Source of the DNA: an uncultured Bacteroidota bacterium
GTDB lineage: Bacteria; Bacteroidota; Bacteroidia; Bacteroidales; VadinHA17
DNA length: 34,826 bases
Direction: 5' to 3'
Assembly: GCA_903865465.1 (NCBI GenBank)
Contig: CAIPJU010000898.1
Span: 1 to 34,826 of the forward strand
How positions within the stretch are numbered: the stretch's first letter is position 1; each line of letters begins with the position of its first letter. The notes below the pieces were generated by a model. That model saw nothing but the letters and a program-made list of their open reading frames with translations. It searched no databases and was not told the DNA's origin. Made by a program: the position numbers and the translations under genes. Positions 26,205-34,786 of the stretch are shown here, in pieces.

Positions 26205-28187
26205 ATGAAAATTTCCAGCAGGGAAATCAGGGTATGGACCGAAATATTTTATAAGCCTGAATCGAGGTTTATAAAGGAATTCAGGAGTGGCTGGGAGACG
26301 AATAAGAAGATATTAATCGGGCAGAGTGCCGGTCTCATTTATAAGGAGCTCAGGCAATCTAAAGGGCTCTTCGTTTCACCTTATCCGCTTAAGAAGGATT
26401 TTAAGAATCTGTCGGAGGAGGAAAAATCTGACTGGTATGACTTTGTTTCAGCGATTCCGGTTAAATTGAAATCCATGAACCTTTATTTGCGTCCATATAA
26501 AGAATTCTGCCGAACCTGCCTGATCCCCTATTCCGATATTGAAACTTTGGCCAAATCAGACCATGAAAGGTTCCTGGTCAAACATACCTCTTCATCGCCT
26601 TTCTCCCTGAAGGGGAAGGAAGTTTTTATTCACCAGGTTCCCTATTACGAATTACCCGAAGAGGTAAAACGTTTTTATATCGAGATCAATCACCTTATAC
26701 CGGTTTCGATGAAGGCACTCGGCTATGAGATAGTGAAACCAGCGGAGATGGAGGAGATAACTGACAGACTGGTATATAGACTGGCAAAAGCAATTCATTC
26801 CAGGTATTTAAAGGGTGCCAGGAAAGAGGCTGGCAATAGTGAAAAGAAGTCCTACTCTTTGATTTTCGGTCATGAGGATAAATTAGAGGCTGATTTCGAC
26901 AGGCTCTGGGAGGATATCAGGCATTCAAATCTCGATAATGCCTTTCATATTCCCACAAAACTGCTGTCAGTAGGGTATCTGATCAGGCCTGTATCGCGCG
27001 GATTTAAACCTGCGGCCCTCCGTCTTAACGTAGATGAAATCGAAACAATGGCCAGGGTTGAGCATCTGAGGTGGTGCTGGGACAAGATCCTGCACGGATG
27101 GCATTATGGAATTGAAAAAGATTCGAAAAAGAAGACCCATCCGGGTATTGTGCCTTTTGACGACCTGTCAGATTCCGAAAAAGAGAAGGACAGGGAATTG
27201 GTTCAATTGATACCATCACTTTTGCAGGACATTGGCTATGAGGCTGTTTCTGTAAGCCGGGAGAGAATTGGCAGGCTGCCCTATGCTACCAGACCAATGA
27301 GCAGCATCCACAGGATCCTTGAAGAGACACGTCGTTTGAATGACCAGATCAGAAATGCATTGATTCTTCCACCCGAAGTTGAGGAGATGCTGAAAGTAAG
27401 GAACAGGAAAATTGAAGAAGCGATCAGGGAGGTAGAGTCTGGTTATACTTATGCACAGCATATTCAGGAGACCTTCCTTCCCGATAATCTTTACGTCAGG
27501 TATTGTTTCCCCGAGAGTTTTATACTTTTCAGGCCAAAAGATATAGTGAGTGGTGATTTCTATTTCTTCAGCAGGCAGGAGAACCGCTTGATCTTTGCAG
27601 TTGCCGACTGTACAGGTCATGGCATACCGGGGGCCCTTCTCAGTACAATTGGATACAGCATACTCGATCAGTCGGTAAATGAATTAAAGCTCGATGATCC
27701 TGTCAAAATACTCGATCATCTCTACTCAAGAATTCATAAATTTCTCAGGCTTGACTCCGATGGCAGCGGTATCGCGGATGATATGGATATCATGCTCTGC
27801 ATTCTTGATACTGAATTAAACCAGCTGAGATTCTCCGGAGTCAAAAATCCATTGTACCATCTGCATGATGGTAATCTGACTGAATACAAATGTGCCGGTC
27901 TGACCGATGATTTTAGCGGGGAGGCGTATAACAGATATACTTCATGTAAGATCAGACTTGAACAGGGCGATACTTTATACTTATTCTCCGATGGTTATTC
28001 AGATCAGTTCGGGGGAGCAAAGCATAAGAAATATTCATCTGCCAGGTTTAAGTCATATTTAACTTCAATTCATCAATTGCCCATGGCCGAACAGAGCGAA
28101 AAGCTCTATGAGGAGATAGAGCACTGGAGGGGTGAAAATAACGAAGATCAGACTGATGACATTCTTGTGATTGGAGTTAAAATTTAG
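26205..28187 (+). CDS. RyR-repeat-containing PP2C-type (SpoIIE family) protein phosphatase
   Basis: Canonical RyR domain: IETMARVEHLRWCWDKILHGWHYGIEKDSKKKTHPGIVPFDDLSDSEKEKDRELVQLIPSLLQDIGYEAV. It is preceded by three degenerate RyR-like repeats. A coiled linker follows. SpoIIE/PP2C motifs: SGDFYFF, FAVADCTGHGIPGALLS, LYLFSDGYSDQFGG, QTDDILVIGVKI. The gene starts 29 bp after the DUF4954 stop. Confidence 0.85.
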   Translation: MKISSREIRVWTEIFYKPESRFIKEFRSGWETNKKILIGQSAGLIYKELRQSKGLFVSPYPLKKDFKNLSEEEKSDWYDFVSAIPVKLKSMNLYLRPYKEFCRTCLIPYSDIETLAKSDHERFLVKHTSSSPFSLKGKEVFIHQVPYYELPEEVKRFYIEINHLIPVSMKALGYEIVKPAEMEEITDRLVYRLAKAIHSRYLKGARKEAGNSEKKSYSLIFGHEDKLEADFDRLWEDIRHSNLDNAFHIPTKLLSVGYLIRPVSRGFKPAALRLNVDEIETMARVEHLRWCWDKILHGWHYGIEKDSKKKTHPGIVPFDDLSDSEKEKDRELVQLIPSLLQDIGYEAVSVSRERIGRLPYATRPMSSIHRILEETRRLNDQIRNALILPPEVEEMLKVRNRKIEEAIREVESGYTYAQHIQETFLPDNLYVRYCFPESFILFRPKDIVSGDFYFFSRQENRLIFAVADCTGHGIPGALLSTIGYSILDQSVNELKLDDPVKILDHLYSRIHKFLRLDSDGSGIADDMDIMLCILDTELNQLRFSGVKNPLYHLHDGNLTEYKCAGLTDDFSGEAYNRYTSCKIRLEQGDTLYLFSDGYSDQFGGAKHKKYSSARFKSYLTSIHQLPMAEQSEKLYEEIEHWRGENNEDQTDDILVIGVKI

Positions 28188-28253
28188 CGGACTAATTCCA
28201 ATAATAATTTTTGGTAACTCATATATTAATTCTAACCAACTAACTTATTTATC

Positions 28254-28832
28254 ATGACTAAATCATTAAAAGGAACACAGACAGAGCTTAATCTGCTGAA
28301 ATCGTTTGCAGGTGAGTCACAGGCCAGGAACCGGTATGAGTTTTTTGCAAGTGTTGCAAAGAAAGAGGGCTATGAGCAGATAGCCGCGATCTTCATGGAA
28401 ACTGCCAGCCAGGAAAAAGAACATGCCAAAAGATTCTTTAAATTTCTGGAAGGAGGTATGAGGGAAATAACAGCAGGTTATCCTGCCGGAGTTATCGGAA
28501 CTACAAAAGAAAACTTAAAAGCGGCCGCTGAAGGCGAAAATGAAGAACACACATCTATCTATCCCCATTTTTCCGAGGTAGCAAAGGAAGAGGGCTTCCC
28601 CGAAATTGCCACTGCTTTCAGGATGATTGCAAAAGTTGAAGCTGAACACGAGCGCAGATATCTGAAGCTTCTGCAGAACATCTCCGAAGACAAGGTATTT
28701 ATCAGGGATGGGAAGGTGTGGTGGAAATGCCTGAATTGCGGTTATGTATATGAATCGGAAAAAGCATTGGAAAATTGTCCGGTTTGTCTGCATCCCAAGG
28801 CATTTATGCAACTAAGGGAGGAAAACTATTGA
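28254..28832 (+). CDS. rbr: rubrerythrin
   Basis: Diiron four-helix-bundle motifs ([55 protein letters not shown]) plus a C-terminal rubredoxin-like CxxC...CxxC ([23 protein letters not shown]). Confidence 0.95.
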   Translation: MTKSLKGTQTELNLLKSFAGESQARNRYEFFASVAKKEGYEQIAAIFMETASQEKEHAKRFFKFLEGGMREITAGYPAGVIGTTKENLKAAAEGENEEHTSIYPHFSEVAKEEGFPEIATAFRMIAKVEAEHERRYLKLLQNISEDKVFIRDGKVWWKCLNCGYVYESEKALENCPVCLHPKAFMQLREENY

Positions 28833-28890
28833 TGAAGTTCCAATATATATGAACTAAAAGGTTCATAACCAGGGAATTTAACTTAGGATA

Positions 28891-28970
28891 AAAGGAGTTT
28901 CACAGGATTTTACTTAATGCGAAAGAAAAACTCTGTGGAACTCCTTCTAAACTCCGGGCAACTCTTTGGT
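28891..28970. repeat. composite copy of the (A/G)GAG-phased repeat forming a 14-bp imperfect inverted repeat
   Basis: AAGGAGTTTCACAG (28892-28905) pairs with CTGTGGAACTCCTT (28933-28946). There is one U-G position and a 27-nt loop. Downstream, the units ctctgtggaa / ctccttctaa / actccgggca / actctttggt are the reverse complement of the (A/G)GAG-ending units seen at 5675-5713. The element starts 60 nt downstream of the rubrerythrin stop. Confidence 0.5.
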
Positions 28971-29215
28971 AAAAAAAGAGTCATTTCCTGACATTTTTCA
29001 ACTATACCTCGTTTTATTAAAGTATCTTTTGGGTATATCCCAAGGCAATAAACCTGCTTCATAAGGCAATTATATGCTCCGGATAGAACTTTCCCATTTG
29101 ATTGCTGTTAAAGCTATTAATGTATTTAGTATTTCTTTTAACAAATATTTAAAAGTTGTTTAGGATTATACAATCTATATTTGAAGCATTATTATTTAAA
29201 TCAGGATGTAAAGTA

Positions 29216-30478
29216 ATGTCGTTCAGTAGTTTTAGAAAATGTGCATTTTTTCTGTGCATGACTTTGTTCGTTTTGCCTTTAGCAGCACAAAACAGTTATA
29301 CTTTACAGAAGGCTTTGCAATCAGCAAAGTTAAACAACCTCTCATTAAAGGAAGAACAGTTAAACCTCGAAGCCGCACAGGCTGATATAATTACCGCTAG
29401 AATCCGGCCCAATCCCGTGCTAAGCAATCAGACCATCCTTGTTGCTAAACCGGCAGCATTCCCTGTAAATACCGGCTGGGACAATTCAGAGAACCTGCAG
29501 ATGTTCTGGCAGCTTTCAAGACCTTTTCAGATTGCAGGACAACACAGATACAAAATTGATGTTGCAGCTAAAAACGTCTTGTTCGCCGAAAAAAACTATT
29601 CTGAAACTGAGCGTAATCTGTTTCTGGATGTTGCTGATAAGTGGCTTGATGTCTGGACTTCGCAAAAGCAGCTCTCCATAATACAGACTGCCCTCTCGAA
29701 CATCGACAGTTTAGTCACCATTAACAGGGTTCGTCTTAAAAATCAGGTTATTACTCCGACCGATCTCTTCCGCACGGAACTCCTGGCAAAACAATACTCA
29801 ATTCAGTACAGGAGTGTAAGGCAGGAGCTCGTCAACAAGCAGAAGGAACTTGCTTTTTTAATAGGTGCCAGGGACAGCGTTGCCATTGACACCACATATA
29901 ACTTTGCTTTGCCTGTCGCTGCTGTGATAGATACTCTTCTGGGTAGATCGGCATCGAACCGGAGTGATATTCTTGCTGCCAAATCACTTATCGATGCTTC
30001 AAACAGCAACATTAAGCTTCAAAAAAGTCTTGCCTTTCCCCAGCCAGAACTGGGTTTTATCTATAATCCGCAAAACGCCGTCCCCTATATCGGATTCAGC
30101 GTATCATTCGAACTGATGATTTCCAATCGCAACCAGGGAGAAATAAAGAAATCAGTCATACTCAGACAACAGGCCGAGAGGCAATTGCTAACGATTCAAT
30201 CCAGACTTCAGACCGAAGTGGATATTGCATTTTCAAGTTATAAGTTACAGCAAGAGAATGTTAAGCGTTTTAAATCTGTTTTGGAACAGTCTCAGACTAT
30301 TTTGGATAATGTGAGATATGCCTACCTGAGAGGCGGAACCACAATTATCGATTTCCTGGAGGCGCAACGGAGCTGGCTTGAAACCGAACAACAGTACTAT
30401 GATGTATTGCAGCAATATCATCAAAGCTATGTTCAACTCCTTTTTGCCACGGGATTAATTAATCAAATTGCACAATGA
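29216..30478 (+). CDS. TolC family outer-membrane efflux protein (CzcC-like)
   Basis: ATG at 29216 gives MSFSSFRKCAFFLCMTLFVLPLAAQ (signal peptide). The start LQKALQSAKLNNLSLKEEQLNLEAAQADIITARIRPNP is typical of OMFs. Two helical repeat halves follow. The stop overlaps the adaptor start (ATGA). Confidence 0.85.
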   Translation: MSFSSFRKCAFFLCMTLFVLPLAAQNSYTLQKALQSAKLNNLSLKEEQLNLEAAQADIITARIRPNPVLSNQTILVAKPAAFPVNTGWDNSENLQMFWQLSRPFQIAGQHRYKIDVAAKNVLFAEKNYSETERNLFLDVADKWLDVWTSQKQLSIIQTALSNIDSLVTINRVRLKNQVITPTDLFRTELLAKQYSIQYRSVRQELVNKQKELAFLIGARDSVAIDTTYNFALPVAAVIDTLLGRSASNRSDILAAKSLIDASNSNIKLQKSLAFPQPELGFIYNPQNAVPYIGFSVSFELMISNRNQGEIKKSVILRQQAERQLLTIQSRLQTEVDIAFSSYKLQQENVKRFKSVLEQSQTILDNVRYAYLRGGTTIIDFLEAQRSWLETEQQYYDVLQQYHQSYVQLLFATGLINQIAQ

Positions 30479-31482
30479 TGAAGTATTCAATCTGCATATT
30501 ATCAGTTTTGATCCTCTTTTCTTCGTGTCACAGAAAGGAAGCTAAATACGCAACAAAAGAGTCAAAACCGATTATCAGCAACGACGGGGTCTCAATTTCC
30601 TTTCCTGATGAAAGGAGCACCTCATTTTTTAAGACGGAAAAAGTTTTAAATACCGATATAATGACAAATTTTGAGGCTATCGGCGAAATTGCTGCAACTG
30701 TTGTTACATCAAGCTCTGGAGCATCACAAAACTTAATTTTGTTTGAGAACCCCGATCTGGCGACCAATTACACACAATTAATACAACATCAGATCAACAT
30801 AAATCAGATTCAGAATATCAATATCAGGCAGAAACAGATTGAGCTGGAACGTACGAAGGATTTACAACAGCATGGTGCTGCTACCGGCCAGGATTTATTA
30901 AATGTCCAGGCAGCACTGAGCATGGAACAGACAAATCTGGCAAATGAAAGGGCTGCCCTTATCGAACATGAAGCAAAGCTCGAATCAGGTGGTTTCCACC
31001 CTTCAATATTGAGAAATGCCAAAGCCGGAACTGCTTATATCATTTGTGATATTCCTGAAAACCAGATCAGCAAAGTAAAGGAGGGAGATACCTGCAGCAT
31101 AAAATTTACAGCCTTCCCTGAGGAAAAATTTAGCGGAAAGATTGATGGTATTGTCAACGCTATTGATAATACAACAAGAATGGTCAAGTTAAGGATAGGA
31201 GTGAACAAAAGCAGCAGCAAACTTAAAGCGGGAATGTTTGCCAATGTTTCAATAAGTCTGGGTGAAGGAAGCTTTATCAACATTAGCAAAAATTCATTGG
31301 TAACGGTACAGGGAAGGAATTATGTTTTTATAAAAACAAACTCCACAAAATTTGAGAGGAGAGAAATTCAGACTGGTCAGCAGATAGGTGACAGGATAAT
31401 CGTCTTTTCAGGAATGAATTCAGGAGACGAAATTGCAGTTGAGGGTGTTATGCAGTTAAAAGGGTTGAGTTTTGGCTACTAA
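30475..31482 (+). CDS. efflux RND transporter periplasmic adaptor subunit (lipoprotein)
   Basis: Lipoprotein signal MMKYSICILSVLILFSSCHRK. A coiled-coil hairpin region (QKQIELERTKDLQQHGAATGQDLLNVQAALSMEQTNLANERAAL) is followed by beta-barrel/MP segments (KLKAGMFANVSISLGE; VFIKTNSTKFERREIQTG). Confidence 0.85.
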   Translation: MMKYSICILSVLILFSSCHRKEAKYATKESKPIISNDGVSISFPDERSTSFFKTEKVLNTDIMTNFEAIGEIAATVVTSSSGASQNLILFENPDLATNYTQLIQHQININQIQNINIRQKQIELERTKDLQQHGAATGQDLLNVQAALSMEQTNLANERAALIEHEAKLESGGFHPSILRNAKAGTAYIICDIPENQISKVKEGDTCSIKFTAFPEEKFSGKIDGIVNAIDNTTRMVKLRIGVNKSSSKLKAGMFANVSISLGEGSFINISKNSLVTVQGRNYVFIKTNSTKFERREIQTGQQIGDRIIVFSGMNSGDEIAVEGVMQLKGLSFGY

Positions 31483-31492
31483 AAAGTTGAAA

Positions 31493-31795
31493 ATGTTAAA
31501 GGCAGAAATATTCATAGATGCTGATGACCTCATCGGCGGGCAGACATTGCAGGAGTTTATCTTGCACTTTATTGCAAAGCATAAAATAATCGGAGCTACA
31601 GTATTCAGGGGGAGGCTTGGCTTTGGCAAAAACCAACTGGTCCAAAGGCCAAACGATCTCTTCAGCTTCGATGAAACACCTGTATTAATAACTTTCATTG
31701 ATGAAACTGAAAAGATAAACACGGTGCTGACCGAATTGAGAAAAGTTTGGAAAGGCGGATTCATTATTACCCAACAAGTTGAAGCCTGGAATTAA
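31493..31795 (+). CDS. DUF190 (PII-like fold) domain protein
   Basis: ATG at 31493 gives MLKAEIFIDADDLIGGQTLQEFILHFIAKHKIIGATVFRGRLGFGKNQL...PVLITFIDETEKINTVLTEL, the typical DUF190 pattern. The TTG at 31472 would overlap the adaptor's end. Its stop directly abuts the RND pump ATG. Confidence 0.8.
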   Translation: MLKAEIFIDADDLIGGQTLQEFILHFIAKHKIIGATVFRGRLGFGKNQLVQRPNDLFSFDETPVLITFIDETEKINTVLTELRKVWKGGFIITQQVEAWN

Positions 31796-34786
31796 ATGAT
31801 TAAAAAACTACTCATTTTTTCTCTCAAGAACCGCTGGCTGGTCATTGCCATCAGTCTGGCAATTATGGTTATAGGTTATTTTTGTTTTACTCAGCTTAAG
31901 TTCGAAGCATATCCCGATATTGCCGATACCAACGTAATTATTGTTGCAGAATACCAGGGCAGGGCAGCCGAAGAGGTTGAACAACAGGTCACTGTTCCAA
32001 TTGAAAGAGCATTGCAAAGCACTCCGAATGTTTCAGACAGGAGAAGCAGGACAATTTTTGGTCTCTCAGTAGTTCAGCTTAACTTTAAGGATGGAACAGA
32101 TGATTATTTCGCCCGGCAACAGGTTATGGAAAGGCTTGCAACTGTCCAGTTACCCGACGGGGTTACTTCACAGCTGGCACCTCTGACAACAGCTGTCGGA
32201 GAAATTCTTCGCTATGTCGTTGAGGCTCCTCCAACATTTTCGCCTACGCAGATAAGGGACCTTCAGGACTGGGTGATAAAGCCTTATTTGCTGCAAACCT
32301 CCGGGGTTGCTGATATTACTACATTTGGCGGCCCTCTGAAGCAATTTCATATTCTGCTATATCCCGACAAGCTTCGCAAATATAACCTTACCCTCGATGA
32401 TGTTCAAACAGCTGTTAATGAGAATAACCGGAATACAGGAGGGGGAATTATTGCACGGGGAGCACAGGGTTTTGCCGTTCGCGGCCTTGGAGCAATAACC
32501 AACGAAACGGATATTGAAAATATAATTCTGAAGTCTGACAACGGAGTTCCGGTCTTTGTACGTGATGTTGCCAGTGTTGAGATTGCACCTCCGCCACCAA
32601 ACGGTGTCCTGGGATATACTATAGCCAAGGATAGTATCAATGTGAACAATGGGGTGGAGGGTATCGTCTTGCTCAGGCGCTTCGAAAACCCCAATAAAGT
32701 CCTTGTGGAGCTGAAACAGCGTATTAGTGAGGTTCAGGAGCACGAATTACCAGAAGGGGTGAAGATCAGAACACTTTATGACCGCAGTTTCCTTATCGAC
32801 CATACTCTTGAAACGATCAGCAGAACTTTATTTGAAGGGGTAAGCATTGTCATAATAGTTTTAATCTTTTTCCTGGGAAGCTTCCGAAGCGCCCTGGTTG
32901 TTACTCTTACAATTCCCTTTTCACTGCTTTTCGCGTTTATTCTGCTTCGTTTTACAGGGATACCTGCAAATATGCTTTCACTGGGAGCTATTGATTTTGG
33001 AATCATTGTGGACGGGGCCTGTGTAATGGTGGAATATCTTATCCGAAAGTACCGCCTTGCCACGCCTGAAGAAAAAGAGGGAGGGATAATTCGCATTACA
33101 CTGGCTTCGGCTCAGGAGATTGGCAGAGAAATTTTCTTCTCAGTTACAATAATCGTTTTTGCATACATGCCAATCCTCATGATGACAAGGGTCGAAGGCA
33201 AGCTTTTTTCTCCCATGGCCCTTACCCTTGCGTTTGCAGTTATCGGTTCAATGATTCTGGCCCTGACTGCTATTCCGGTTTTAGTCTCTTTTGTTTATAG
33301 TAAAAATATTTCAGGCAAAGGCAAACCAGTTAAAGAGCCAAAGAATTTCTTCCTCCATTTTGCGGAAGCCAAATATTCTGGCACCCTCAGTCATTTACTT
33401 AAAAATTACAAGAAAACAGTCCTGATCGGATTTGCTGTTATTATAACTGTCCTTGGTCTGGGTGTTTTCCTGGGTATTGAATTTCTGCCATCACTCGATG
33501 AAGGTTCAATTTTCCTTAGGGGAAATTACCCTTCTGGTATTACCATCCAGGAAAATGCAAAATATGCACCAAAGATCCGAAGTGTAATAGCGAAATATCC
33601 TCAGATTGCATTTGTCATAACGCAGACAGGCAGAAATGATGATGGTACCGACCCCTTTCCTTCGAACAGGAATGAGATCCTCGTAGGCTTGAAGGATTAT
33701 AGTTTATGGAGCGATACTATTCCAAAAAAGAGCCTGGTGAAGTTGATAAAGGCCGATCTTGAGAGAGAGTTGCCAAGCGTCCGTTTTTCATCTGGCCAGC
33801 CCATAATCGATATGGTCCTCGAAATTGTGAATGGTAGCGCAGCCGATCTTGCAGTATCGGTAGTAGGAGATAACTTGTTGCTGATGCGAAATAAGGCTGA
33901 CAACATTTCAGCTATAATCAAATCGATGAAAGGAAGTGAATCGGTTAACATTGAACAGGAAGGCACACAGGAACAACTGGCTATAAAGATTAACCGTGAA
34001 CATGCTGCACGTTACGGTATTAACGTTTCGGATGTGGAGAATATGGTTGAAGCTGCCATAGGTGGAAAACCTATTTCAGTACTTTATGACGGAACAAAGC
34101 GCTACGATATTGTAATCAGATATTTACCCCAGTTCAGGAATAATATAGATGAAATAAAAAAACTCCTTGTCCCCTCGGCCGGGGGATCGCTTATCCCTAT
34201 GAGCCAGCTGGCTGATATAAACTTTATTGAAGGTCAGACCAACATTTACCGCTACAACAACAAGCGAATGATCACCGTAAGGACTGATATCAGGGACAGG
34301 GACCAGGGAGGATTTGTAAAGGAACTTAAAGGGAGAATTGAAAGGGGAGTAAAGATTCCTAAGGGATATGATCTGGTTTTCGGAGGCCAGTATGAAAATC
34401 TGGAGAGAGCGGGTAAGCAATTGGGCTTAACCATTCCGCTTACTCTTATTATCGTACTTACCTTTCTGTTTTTGCTTTTTAAGAACTTCAGGGATACTTT
34501 GATTACGGCGAGCTGCATTTTATTTGCCCTGGCAGGAGGAATAGCTGCTTTGCTCATCAGGGGGTATTATTTCAATGTCTCTGCAGGGGTTGGCTTCATC
34601 TCAATATTCGGAGTCTCAATTATGGCTGGCGTCCTGTTGGTTTCATCATTTAAACGGGCAACCCAGATGAATTCAATTAGTCAGGAACTTATTAACACAG
34701 CAGCGAAGGAGCAGGTAAGAGGGATTATATCAATTCTGGTTTTGGCAATTCTCGGGCATAAAAGCAGGTGTATTCCTTGCCAGTGA
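31796..34786 (+). CDS. CusA/CzcA family heavy-metal efflux RND transporter, C-terminally truncated (about 50-60 residues of the family's conserved C-terminus missing)
   Basis: The N-terminus LKNRWLVIAISLAIMVIGYFCFTQLKFEAYPDIADTNVIIVAEYQGRAAEEVEQQVTVPIERAL and the overall architecture are typical of CzcA/CusA. Family similarity runs to ...KEQVRGIISILVLAILG (about 34757). The tail HKSRCIPCQ* (to 34786) has no family counterpart and is the reverse complement of an M16 peptidase fragment. Confidence 0.85.
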   Translation: MIKKLLIFSLKNRWLVIAISLAIMVIGYFCFTQLKFEAYPDIADTNVIIVAEYQGRAAEEVEQQVTVPIERALQSTPNVSDRRSRTIFGLSVVQLNFKDGTDDYFARQQVMERLATVQLPDGVTSQLAPLTTAVGEILRYVVEAPPTFSPTQIRDLQDWVIKPYLLQTSGVADITTFGGPLKQFHILLYPDKLRKYNLTLDDVQTAVNENNRNTGGGIIARGAQGFAVRGLGAITNETDIENIILKSDNGVPVFVRDVASVEIAPPPPNGVLGYTIAKDSINVNNGVEGIVLLRRFENPNKVLVELKQRISEVQEHELPEGVKIRTLYDRSFLIDHTLETISRTLFEGVSIVIIVLIFFLGSFRSALVVTLTIPFSLLFAFILLRFTGIPANMLSLGAIDFGIIVDGACVMVEYLIRKYRLATPEEKEGGIIRITLASAQEIGREIFFSVTIIVFAYMPILMMTRVEGKLFSPMALTLAFAVIGSMILALTAIPVLVSFVYSKNISGKGKPVKEPKNFFLHFAEAKYSGTLSHLLKNYKKTVLIGFAVIITVLGLGVFLGIEFLPSLDEGSIFLRGNYPSGITIQENAKYAPKIRSVIAKYPQIAFVITQTGRNDDGTDPFPSNRNEILVGLKDYSLWSDTIPKKSLVKLIKADLERELPSVRFSSGQPIIDMVLEIVNGSAADLAVSVVGDNLLLMRNKADNISAIIKSMKGSESVNIEQEGTQEQLAIKINREHAARYGINVSDVENMVEAAIGGKPISVLYDGTKRYDIVIRYLPQFRNNIDEIKKLLVPSAGGSLIPMSQLADINFIEGQTNIYRYNNKRMITVRTDIRDRDQGGFVKELKGRIERGVKIPKGYDLVFGGQYENLERAGKQLGLTIPLTLIIVLTFLFLLFKNFRDTLITASCILFALAGGIAALLIRGYYFNVSAGVGFISIFGVSIMAGVLLVSSFKRATQMNSISQELINTAAKEQVRGIISILVLAILGHKSRCIPCQ

